DNA from: Desulfatiglandales bacterium
GTDB lineage: Bacteria; Desulfobacterota; DSM-4660; Desulfatiglandales; Desulfatiglandaceae
Direction: 5' to 3'
Length of the DNA stretch: 64,000 nt
Assembly (NCBI GenBank): GCA_963662465.1
Contig: OY759599.1
Span: 4,224,001 to 4,288,000, forward strand
This document shows positions 20,166-27,639 of this stretch, one piece after another. The position numbers and the translations under genes were made by a program. Below the pieces are notes generated by a model. That model had not been told where the DNA came from. It saw nothing but the letters and a program-made list of their open reading frames with translations, and did not search any database. The number at the start of each line of letters is the position of its first letter. Positions within the stretch are counted from its first letter, which is position 1.

Positions 20166-20409
20166 ACCATCCATTCTACAAAGTAAATCGCATTTCCACT
20201 TAACCAAGCCTCTGTCTTGGAAGAAGAAAACCAAATCCAAAGAAAATAGATTTTATAAAAATTTATTGAAAAGTAAATCTACATCAACGACTCCTTTGCC
20301 GCCACTTATGGATCCCTCATCGTCCGCTATACCTGAGGGCCGTACTCACCGGCGGTGACAGCCAATGGTTCAATTTCCATTAGCAAACTTGGTTCAGTTT
20401 TGATTAGCG

Positions 20410-21918
20410 TTGAAGGAATTGGCCAAATCCCGAGGTGGCAGGTGTCTTTCAAGGCAATACATAAATCCCAGGACTCCACTGCTATGGGAATGCCGGTATG
20501 GTCACCAATGGGAAGCCGTATATCATAGCATTAAAAGAGGTTCATGGTGTCCGACCTGCTCTACTGGACTCGGAGAGAGGATATGCAAAGAATTTTTTGA
20601 GCAAATCTTTAATAAACCTTTCCCAAAAAGTTATCCAGAATGGCTGCTTAGTAAGAACGGGTATCAGATGGAACTTGATGGCTATAATGAGGATTTGAAA
20701 CTAGCTTTTGAACATAACGGGGAGCAACACTACTCAACGGATAATCCTTTTATAACTTCAGAAAGAGAACTCAAAAAAAGGCGGGATGATGACATATGGA
20801 AACGTCAATTGTGCTCACAAAATAATGTTGTGCTAATTGAAATCCCACAACTTGTCACGAGGACACCTATTCATGATATTAAAAAAATAATCATGCAGGC
20901 CTGTTGTCTGAATAATATTAGCCTAACAGATAGGTTCAATTCCATAGTTGTTGATCTGAAAAGGGCGTACACCACCTCATATTCTGAAAAAGAAATGGAA
21001 AATCTAAAAAAAGTTGCTCAAGATAAAGGTGGGCGTTGTTTGTCAAAAACTTACGTTAATAACAGCACAAAACTTTTGTGGGAATGCTCCGCTAATCATA
21101 GATGGTATGCTGTTCCGAGTAGCATTAAAGCTGGCACTTGGTGTCCATTTTGTGCGGACAACGCTAAAGGATCAATTGAAGAGATGCGGCAAACAGCAGA
21201 AGAAAGATGTGGTAAATGTCTTTCAAAAAAATATTTGGGCAGCAATATAAAATTGCTTTGGGAGTGTTCTAACAGCCACCAATGGACGGCAACTCCCAAG
21301 AATATCAAGAAAGGGACGTGGTGTCCTCATTGTGCAGGGGTCGCTAAATATACCATTGAAGATATGAATCGTATTGCATTAGAAAGAGATGGTAAATGCC
21401 TTTCAACAAATTATGACAGTGTTCATAAAAAACTCCTTTGGGAATGTTCCCAAGGTCATCAATGGAAAGCAACCCCTGATAGTATAAAAAGGGGAACTTG
21501 GTGTCCAATTTGCGGTGCCGAAAAAAGGGCAAGATCAAAGAGATTTTCTATCGAGGATATGCATACTTTGGCTGAAAAGCACAACGGCAAATGCCTTTCA
21601 ACAAATTATTTTAATGCGCGAACAAAACTACTGTGGGAATGTCACAGAGGTCATCAGTGGGAAGCTATTCCTGACAGTATCAAGAGAGGTCATTGGTGCT
21701 CTGTATGCGCTCATTCCAAGATGGTGGAGTTGAAAAGACTTGGGATCGAAAAAATGGCTAAACTTGCAGAGGTTCGTGGAGGTAAATGCCTTTCAATGAA
21801 TTACGTAAACGCACATCAGAAATTACTATGGGAATGTTCGAAAGGTCATCAATGGAAGGCAACTCCGAATAGCATCAAAAGAGGAACCTGGTGCCCAATT
21901 TGTGCTTTGAAAAAGTAG
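20410..21918 (+). CDS. Zinc-ribbon repeat protein with Vsr/PD-(D/E)XK-like nuclease domain, probably 5'-truncated
   Basis: Six repeats G(K/R)CLS..Y...LLWEC...H.W.A....IK.G.WC..C; nuclease-like GERIC...MELDGYNEDLKLAFEHNGEQHY...DIWKRQLC; TTG start lies inside the right inverted repeat. Confidence 0.8.
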   Translation: MKELAKSRGGRCLSRQYINPRTPLLWECRYGHQWEAVYHSIKRGSWCPTCSTGLGERICKEFFEQIFNKPFPKSYPEWLLSKNGYQMELDGYNEDLKLAFEHNGEQHYSTDNPFITSERELKKRRDDDIWKRQLCSQNNVVLIEIPQLVTRTPIHDIKKIIMQACCLNNISLTDRFNSIVVDLKRAYTTSYSEKEMENLKKVAQDKGGRCLSKTYVNNSTKLLWECSANHRWYAVPSSIKAGTWCPFCADNAKGSIEEMRQTAEERCGKCLSKKYLGSNIKLLWECSNSHQWTATPKNIKKGTWCPHCAGVAKYTIEDMNRIALERDGKCLSTNYDSVHKKLLWECSQGHQWKATPDSIKRGTWCPICGAEKRARSKRFSIEDMHTLAEKHNGKCLSTNYFNARTKLLWECHRGHQWEAIPDSIKRGHWCSVCAHSKMVELKRLGIEKMAKLAEVRGGKCLSMNYVNAHQKLLWECSKGHQWKATPNSIKRGTWCPICALKK

Positions 21919-22044
21919 ACTTGGCATGGTATTGCTAACGTGGGTTATCTCTTTTGTCTGAGACCGAAAAACCTGACCAAAGACATTTCAAGCTTTGGAT
22001 TTTCCGAAAAAATCCCACAAACCAAATCGTAGGGTTAGTCCAAA

Positions 22045-22530
22045 ATGTATTATCATGTGCTCATTAAAATTTTGGGAAATGATAGATTTAGACTGCTTTT
22101 TAAGGATTTAAACAAACAAGAACTGAAAAAAAAAGCCATAAGGCCCTTTTCTTATGGAAAACCTCTTTTATCAAATGGTCAGATAGTAAAACCTTCTGAC
22201 ATATCGGTAATAGAGATACGCAAAACGCCCCAAATTATTTCTGAGATTTTATCTGAAATTGCGGAACAAGATATAGAGAAACAAAAAAAAGAATTTGAAG
22301 GTATTGCAGGAGGTGATCTGCCTTTTGGTTTTCTCCCTAATGTTGGGGTCCGTGATATAGAAATTAGGTATTACAGTCAGGATATGACAAGGCAATTTAT
22401 CGTTAATCATCCAGGCAGCAAAAGAAGCCCTTTCGGATTATTTGCTTCGATATCTAATAATCCATGGCTTGTAGCTATAGGCGGGGCAATATTGGCTGCA
22501 TTGTTGATCAATCTAATAATAACCTCATAA
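22045..22530 (+). CDS. Hypothetical protein with C-terminal TM helix
   Basis: 161-aa AT-rich ORF ending NPWLVAIGGAILAALLINLII. Confidence 0.6.
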   Translation: MYYHVLIKILGNDRFRLLFKDLNKQELKKKAIRPFSYGKPLLSNGQIVKPSDISVIEIRKTPQIISEILSEIAEQDIEKQKKEFEGIAGGDLPFGFLPNVGVRDIEIRYYSQDMTRQFIVNHPGSKRSPFGLFASISNNPWLVAIGGAILAALLINLIITS

Positions 22531-22573
22531 TCTTTTCCTTTCATCGAAGTTCAAAGCACATAATAATCCGGGC

Positions 22574-22643
22574 GACACCATACTCAATTGCGCTTCGAAT
22601 TCAGGTAATTCCATGCCTGTTCTAAAAAATTGATCATGGTGTC
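22574..22643. repeat. 70-bp inverted-repeat element (REP/MITE-like)
   Basis: GACACCATACTCAATT ... AATTGATCATGGTGTC, 14/16 complementary. Confidence 0.55.
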
Positions 22644-22708
22644 CAAAATTCGTTGGGATGACATAATCACGCTTGACGTTAATCACGTCATGCGTTAATA
22701 ATTACCAT

Positions 22709-22987
22709 ATGATTAGATCGTTCAAGTGTGCATACACCGAAGACCTGTCGAAAGGCCATCGTGTCAGGCAATTTGTGAATATTGCCAAAGTCGCACGGCG
22801 CAAACTGAGACAGCTGGAAATCGCTAATCGGCTTGATGACTTGAGGGTTCCTCCCGGTAATCATCTTGAGGCGCTCAAGGGCGATCGTTTGGGTCAACAC
22901 AGCATTCGCATCAACGATCAGTGGCGAGTCTGCTTTCATTGGACGGATGCGGGCGCAGAGAACGTGGAAATCGTTGATTACCACTGA
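22709..22987 (+). CDS. higB: HigB (RelE-like) toxin
   Basis: LDDLRVPPGNHLEALKGDRLGQHSIRINDQWRVCFHW...VEIVDYH. Confidence 0.92.
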   Translation: MIRSFKCAYTEDLSKGHRVRQFVNIAKVARRKLRQLEIANRLDDLRVPPGNHLEALKGDRLGQHSIRINDQWRVCFHWTDAGAENVEIVDYH

Positions 22988-23007
22988 GGAGCTGAGGAGA
23001 GGGGAGC

Positions 23008-23319
23008 ATGAAAAAACTCGAACCTATTACGCCGGGGGAACTCCTGTTAGAGGAGTTTCTGAAACCTATGGGGATCAGCCAATATCGCCTGGCTAAAGAA
23101 ATCGGCGTTCCGGCGCAACGTATCAGCGAGATTGTTTCGGGGAAACGCTCAATAACAGCTAATACAGATTTGCGATTATGCCGATTCTTTGGTTTATCAA
23201 ACGGGTATTGGTTGCGTGCTCAGGCAGCCTACGATACTGAAATCGGCGAGCGAACGCTTGGTCCAATGCTTAGTAAGATCAAACCTTGGGCTGAATATAC
23301 GGCCCAACAACAGCAGTAA
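23008..23319 (+). CDS. higA: HigA antitoxin
   Basis: PGELLLEEFLKPMGISQYRLAKEIGVPAQRISEIVSGKRSITANTDLRL; toxin-first order. Confidence 0.92.
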   Translation: MKKLEPITPGELLLEEFLKPMGISQYRLAKEIGVPAQRISEIVSGKRSITANTDLRLCRFFGLSNGYWLRAQAAYDTEIGERTLGPMLSKIKPWAEYTAQQQQ

Positions 23320-23593
23320 TTCAGACTGGTAATATCTTCCTTTGGTCGGGTTGGGTTGGACCCGAAATATACAATTGAATTCAGGGAGTTGATTCTAAAT
23401 CATGGTTTTCTTGGCCCTTAGAGGCGCCTTTTGGCCTTAGAAAGATGCATATAGGAGGAAATTTCAGGGAAATCATAATTAAAAGGTTTGAGGCTGCTGA
23501 ATTTTATGCATAATATGTCAAATACAATGATCTCCGGATCAGCAGAATCACCTGTCTGGAGACTAATGACTTGTCGGAAACTGGAAAGAAAAT

Positions 23594-23717
23594 ATGAAAT
23601 TATATTCTGATAATTGTTGTTTTAATCGCCCCTTCGATGACCAGGTGCAATTCAGAATAAGGCTGGAGTCCCATCAAAACTGATCCAATTGCCTTCATAA
23701 AAGAGGTATTATCATGA
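23594..23717 (+). pseudogene. PIN-domain toxin with large internal deletion
   Basis: MKLYSDNCCFNRPFDDQVQFRIRLE (PIN N-terminus) joined out of frame to IKTDPIAFIKEVLS*, whose stop overlaps the next ATG. Confidence 0.7.
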
Positions 23718-23932
23718 TTACCGATACGGAAATCAGAATAAAGGGTCTTCAAATTTTGACGGAAAATCTTGGTGATGTTGAAGCTGAACGATTTATTGCG
23801 ATTATCCAAAGAGAACCTTTTGATTATACCAAATGGCAGCAAGGAATGCGTGAAGATTTGACGATTCAAGAAATCAGCAAGAAAGCGATGGCACTAAAGA
23901 TGAAGGATGCCGATGCAATGGGTTCCAGCTGA
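23714..23932 (+). CDS. Small PIN-associated putative antitoxin
   Basis: MITDTEIRIKGLQILTENLGDVEAERFIAIIQREPFDYTKWQ, a family usually paired with PIN genes. Confidence 0.7.
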   Translation: MITDTEIRIKGLQILTENLGDVEAERFIAIIQREPFDYTKWQQGMREDLTIQEISKKAMALKMKDADAMGSS

Positions 23933-23995
23933 CCGCCAACAAAAGCCCGATGCTTGACAGCCAAGGCTCTCCACAAATTCGTCTTGAGACACTCA

Positions 23996-24127
23996 ATGGC
24001 GATCAATAGAGAAAAAATCGAGGTGTTTCAAGGAACCCTATTCATAAATTTCAAACCCGGTATTCAGATTGCCGTCAAAATCATTGATGCCCGAGGTGTT
24101 GAGAGTCTGAAAATCAAGAAGGTATAA
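23996..24127 (+). pseudogene. C-terminal remnant of a site-specific DNA methyltransferase
   Basis: EKIEVFQGT...IAVKIIDARGVESLKI* resembles the IAVKIVDDRGIESLK tail of Mod-like methylases. Confidence 0.55.
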
Positions 24128-24128
24128 C

Positions 24129-24869
24129 GTGCAGAATTTCAGCGACTACATCATCTATGCAGATGAAAGCGGCGACCATGGGTTAGGCTCAATCGACCCA
24201 CAGTACCCGATTTTTGTTCTGACATTTTGTATTTTCCGAAAACAGGATTACGGAATTCATGTAGCGTCAGCCGTGCAGCAGTTCAAATTCAGGCACTTTG
24301 GCCATGATATGGTGATCCTGCATGAACGCGATATTCGAAAGGACAAAGGTGCTTTCAGCTTACTCAAAGACAAGAAAAGAAAGGACGCGTTTTTAAACGA
24401 ACTGACGGACCTGGTAAAGGCCGCACCCTTTACCCTCATTGCCATGGTCATCAAAAAGGATTTGCTGAAAAGCCATTATGCGAGACCGCAAAATCCCTAC
24501 CACATCGCCCTGGCATTTGGTCTGGAAAGGGCCTATCTGTATCTCAAAAGCATGGGAGAGGCCCAAAAACTCACCCATGTGGTGTTTGAAACCCGTGGCA
24601 ATAAGGAAGATAACGAACTGGAATTAGAGTTCAGGCGCGTTTGTGATGGAGCCAACTATTTTTCACGCCATCTGCCCTTTGATATTGTTTTGGCTGACAA
24701 AAAGACCAATTCCGGGGGGTTGCAGTTTGCGGACCTTATTGCCCGGCCGGTGGGGTTGTCGGTCTTGCGGCCGCGTCAGAAAAACAGAGCATTTGATGTG
24801 TTGAAGGAAAAATTCTACTGCAATGACCTTGGAAAAATAGACGGCTGGGGGCTGAAATGTTTCCCCTAA
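24129..24869 (+). CDS. DUF3800 family protein
   Basis: N-terminal IYADESG (DE motif), HERDIR, FETRG, C-terminal LQFADLIARP (QxxD motif). Confidence 0.88.
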   Translation: MQNFSDYIIYADESGDHGLGSIDPQYPIFVLTFCIFRKQDYGIHVASAVQQFKFRHFGHDMVILHERDIRKDKGAFSLLKDKKRKDAFLNELTDLVKAAPFTLIAMVIKKDLLKSHYARPQNPYHIALAFGLERAYLYLKSMGEAQKLTHVVFETRGNKEDNELELEFRRVCDGANYFSRHLPFDIVLADKKTNSGGLQFADLIARPVGLSVLRPRQKNRAFDVLKEKFYCNDLGKIDGWGLKCFP

Positions 24870-24930
24870 AAAACAAAAAGCCGCAGTAATCACCGCGACT
24901 GATTGCCGACCGAGTATCCCCAATCCGTCT
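24870..24930 (-). ncRNA. Candidate DUF3800-associated small structured RNA
   Basis: Minus strand: hairpin GAUUGGG-GAUA-CUCGGUC, then GUCGCGGU-GAUU-ACUGCGGC + UUUUUGUUUUU; G-U pairs work only on this strand. Confidence 0.65.
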
Positions 24931-24933
24931 TTA

Positions 24934-24962
24934 AAGCTGGTGCATTTTGATGCGAATGTCAA
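24934..24962 (-). promoter_or_regulatory. Candidate sigma70 promoter for the small RNA
   Basis: TTGACA (24962-24957)-N17-CAGCTT; perfect -35, weak -10. Confidence 0.5.
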
Positions 24963-25075
24963 GGAATATTTTTTAATCAAGGTAATTTAGGCTGGTAACA
25001 CCTTCCCACTCTTTGCTACTTTTATCCGCCGGTTATGCAGCCTGAAAATCCAAGACCGGAAACATACCACAAAGA

Positions 25076-25375
25076 TCAGCGTCTTCTAATCTGCAGTTTG
25101 GCCCATGTTTCCCTTTCATAACCTGGTTTTTCGCCATGCTTCTCATTGGCGCATTTTTCGGCCAGAGGGATGAGCGCATTTCTTCCTGTTTCGTAATCCT
25201 CAAGGAATCCTTGTGACATAGCAAACTCGGTTGCGACTTTTGGATCACACCACCACTGATAATTATTCAAGTTGCCGTTTGGATGATACTTGCAACCCTG
25301 AACCCTGCCCGTTTTGATCCAGTCATAAAGCTGTTTGAACCAATTCCGCTTCAATACCTCACGGATAAAGTCCAC
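25076..25375 (-). CDS. Hypothetical protein or gene fragment
   Basis: 99-aa ORF with GTG start, no recognised motif. Confidence 0.3.
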   Translation of the reverse strand: MDFIREVLKRNWFKQLYDWIKTGRVQGCKYHPNGNLNNYQWWCDPKVATEFAMSQGFLEDYETGRNALIPLAEKCANEKHGEKPGYERETWAKLQIRRR

Positions 25376-25763
25376 GGCGCGAATTTTTTCAGGTAGGTTT
25401 TGATCGCACGATTATGAGCTTCTTCCCTGACTTGGTCTCATGATGGCTGCATCCATCGCCATTGTGGCCACCCTGGTTAAACTTCTGTAGGCTCCCCACA
25501 AAAAAAACGGCCACCCGGCGCCGACTTCAAGAATGTGTCTCGAATTCCATCGATATTTATGAGACATTTTTTCCCTATGCTGAAACATCCGGGCCTTTTC
25601 CGGTCGATTTTCCGTTAGAGTATGCTTGGATGGATATCCTGAATGCGCCGTTCCAGCTCTTCAAAATAATCAAAGGGCTGATGATGAAAAAACCTTCTTG
25701 TTTTTTTCGAAGCAAACCAATTGACTTTCCAAAATATTTACGCTACAGCTGAAGTTCGTATGC

Positions 25764-25927
25764 TTCAGACGCTCTAAACGAGCTTAATAGGGAACGCTGT
25801 GAAATTCGGCGACAGACCCTCTGCTGTAATCGGGGACGAAACCTGCATCATGTCACTGTTTGGCTAAAAAGCCGAATGGGAAGGCGCAGTGATTAGGATG
25901 ATCCGTAAGTCAGAAAACCTGTCTGGG
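25764..25927 (+). promoter_or_regulatory. Cobalamin riboswitch
   Basis: TTAATAGGGAA...GTGAAATTC...CTGTAA...CACTG...GGGAAGG...AGTCAGAAAACCTG B12-box pattern. Confidence 0.9.
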
Positions 25928-25973
25928 CAAAGGAACGACACCTTATAGGGAATAAGGCCGTTCACAGATTTTG

Positions 25974-26029
25974 GGATAAAAAAGGGAAATCCCTGGGTCG
26001 ATTTTTTTCGGTCCGGGGATTTTTTTTGG
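25974..26029 (+). terminator. Riboswitch expression platform / intrinsic terminator, copy 1
   Basis: ATCCCTGGGTCGA-TTTTT-TCGGTCCGGGGAT hairpin + T-run. Confidence 0.8.
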
Positions 26030-26109
26030 GACCGAAGGTTACCATGCAAAATTATGATTTGAGTTTTCTGCATGGGCCACAAGAACTCATTAAAAGGGGA
26101 GGAAATCAG

Positions 26110-27585
26110 ATGAAAAAGAAAACAGACTTTACCAGACATCCATCAATTATGGTCAGGCTGTTGTTGCTGACGGGGGCTTTATGGCTTCTGATATTCAGCG
26201 TGGGATCCGCACACGCTGATTCAACCCAGACCGGCGTCGTAGCCACGGCAGCATCGGATTACAGCAGCTACGGTATTTCCACCATTACTGTAGATCCAAA
26301 GGCCGGACCGCGAATTGCCATCAACAATCTGCTTGCGGGAAGCAACGGCAGCACCGTCAAAGCTTTCGGGCAGTACTACTATCGAATTGAGCAATTTCAA
26401 GCGGATAGTGTCACCAAAGTGAACATTGCGGCGCCCAATACGCCTATCTGGCAGTTTTCAACCCAAGGCACAGATGAAGCAAACAGCAGCAACCCCTACG
26501 ATCTGGTCTTTGTCAATTCAACCAAAGCCTATCTGATTCGCTATGGTTCCACCAAGGCCTGGATTGTCAATCCTTCCGCCACCACTGAGGCCACTTTTAA
26601 AGTCGGCGAACTGGATCTGAGTGCATATACCGACGCGGACGGCGCGCCGGAGATGTGCTGCGGGGTAATTGCCAATGGAAAACTCTTTATTGTACTTCAG
26701 CGTCTCGTGGACTGGTGCCCATCCAACACAGCCTATGTCGCCGTATTTGATACAACAACAGACACTGAAATTAATACCGGTCTTGGATCGGGTAACATGA
26801 TAGGCATTCCCCTGACCATCAAAAACCCTAGCGCCATTCAATATGTTCCTCAAAACAATCTAATTTATGTTCAGGGAATCGGATCTTATCCGGGGAGCGG
26901 CGCTTGCGATCCGGTGTACGAATATACCGGCGGCATTGAAAGCATCAATCCCGTCACCTATGCATCCGCGATTGTCCTGGATGACGGCGATGCCGCAACC
27001 CACCCCTATGGGGCCATATCCGGCATGCTGATCGCCTCTCCCACACAAGGCTACTTCGTAGGCTATGCCGGCTGGGGCAACAATACGCTCTATGCATTTA
27101 ACCCCACAACGGGTGATGTTTCCGGTGCGTTGAGCGGTTTTCAAAATATCAATATTTCGGAGATGAATTCCGGAACCTACCTGGACAAAAACGGTATGAT
27201 GTGGATTTGTGATTCAACCAATGCCGTTATTAAAATCATGGATACAGCAGATAACACCCTTAGTGAAAACGTTTCCACAAGCTTGAATCCCCAGAAAGTG
27301 GCGTTTTGCACCCAGGGAACACCTTTAGCCCCCATGCTCGGTTCCACCGTTTCCGGAAACAGCGTGATGGCCCACTGGAACACGGTTTCCGGTGCGGAAG
27401 GATACTACCTATGGATTACAGCACCCACAACCGGCTGGACCGTTTTATACGACTGGGGCGCCCGAACCAGCGTCTCCGCAACTGTCGCGGCAGAATCATC
27501 TTATTACGTTTCGGTGATCCCCTACAACGCAGAGGGATCAGGCGCCGCATCCAATGTAGTTAATCTTAAAACGGCCGTGGAATAG
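26110..27585 (+). CDS. Secreted beta-rich (propeller-like) protein with C-terminal FN3-like domain, B12-regulated
   Basis: Signal peptide ending AHA-D; NPYDLVFVNSTKAYLIRYG blade-like motifs; C-terminal W..VSGAEGY...YYVSVIPYN..G FN3 pattern. Start at MKKK (ORF open from 26026). Confidence 0.75.
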   Translation: MKKKTDFTRHPSIMVRLLLLTGALWLLIFSVGSAHADSTQTGVVATAASDYSSYGISTITVDPKAGPRIAINNLLAGSNGSTVKAFGQYYYRIEQFQADSVTKVNIAAPNTPIWQFSTQGTDEANSSNPYDLVFVNSTKAYLIRYGSTKAWIVNPSATTEATFKVGELDLSAYTDADGAPEMCCGVIANGKLFIVLQRLVDWCPSNTAYVAVFDTTTDTEINTGLGSGNMIGIPLTIKNPSAIQYVPQNNLIYVQGIGSYPGSGACDPVYEYTGGIESINPVTYASAIVLDDGDAATHPYGAISGMLIASPTQGYFVGYAGWGNNTLYAFNPTTGDVSGALSGFQNINISEMNSGTYLDKNGMMWICDSTNAVIKIMDTADNTLSENVSTSLNPQKVAFCTQGTPLAPMLGSTVSGNSVMAHWNTVSGAEGYYLWITAPTTGWTVLYDWGARTSVSATVAAESSYYVSVIPYNAEGSGAASNVVNLKTAVE

Positions 27586-27593
27586 AGAATTGA

Positions 27594-27639
27594 AAAACGG
27601 GAGTTCATGAATTTCCTTTAAATACATGGGGCTCCCGTT
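27594..27639. terminator. Shared terminator between convergent B12 genes
   Basis: AACGGGAGTTCATG...CATGGGGCTCCCGTT inverted repeat. Confidence 0.65.

Larger units (their letters stand above)
15691..20415 (-). mobile_element. IS21-related transposon or nested composite bounded by 50-bp inverted repeats
   Basis: 15691-15740 vs reverse complement of 20366-20415: 37/50 ungapped identities by hand count; each end has two GCTA...AAA..GAACCA units 24 bp apart; encloses istAB and four other ORFs. Confidence 0.75.
10836..25700. mobile_element. Decayed genomic island / prophage remnant downstream of selC (right boundary approximate)
   Basis: Starts at the tRNA 3' end; holds phage remnants, IS elements, TA genes and AT-rich ORFs. 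No integrase or tRNA-end duplication seen. Confidence 0.7.

Noticed and set aside
19639..20358. 239-aa plus-strand ORF
   Set aside because: Antisense to the Zn-finger gene and leader hairpin, no motifs; treated as a shadow ORF like most other overlapping ORFs in the track.
10811..25760. attR duplication of the tRNA-Sec 3' end
   Set aside because: I found no second copy of TTCGATTCCCATGCACTTCCGCCA by eye, so the island's right boundary stays approximate.
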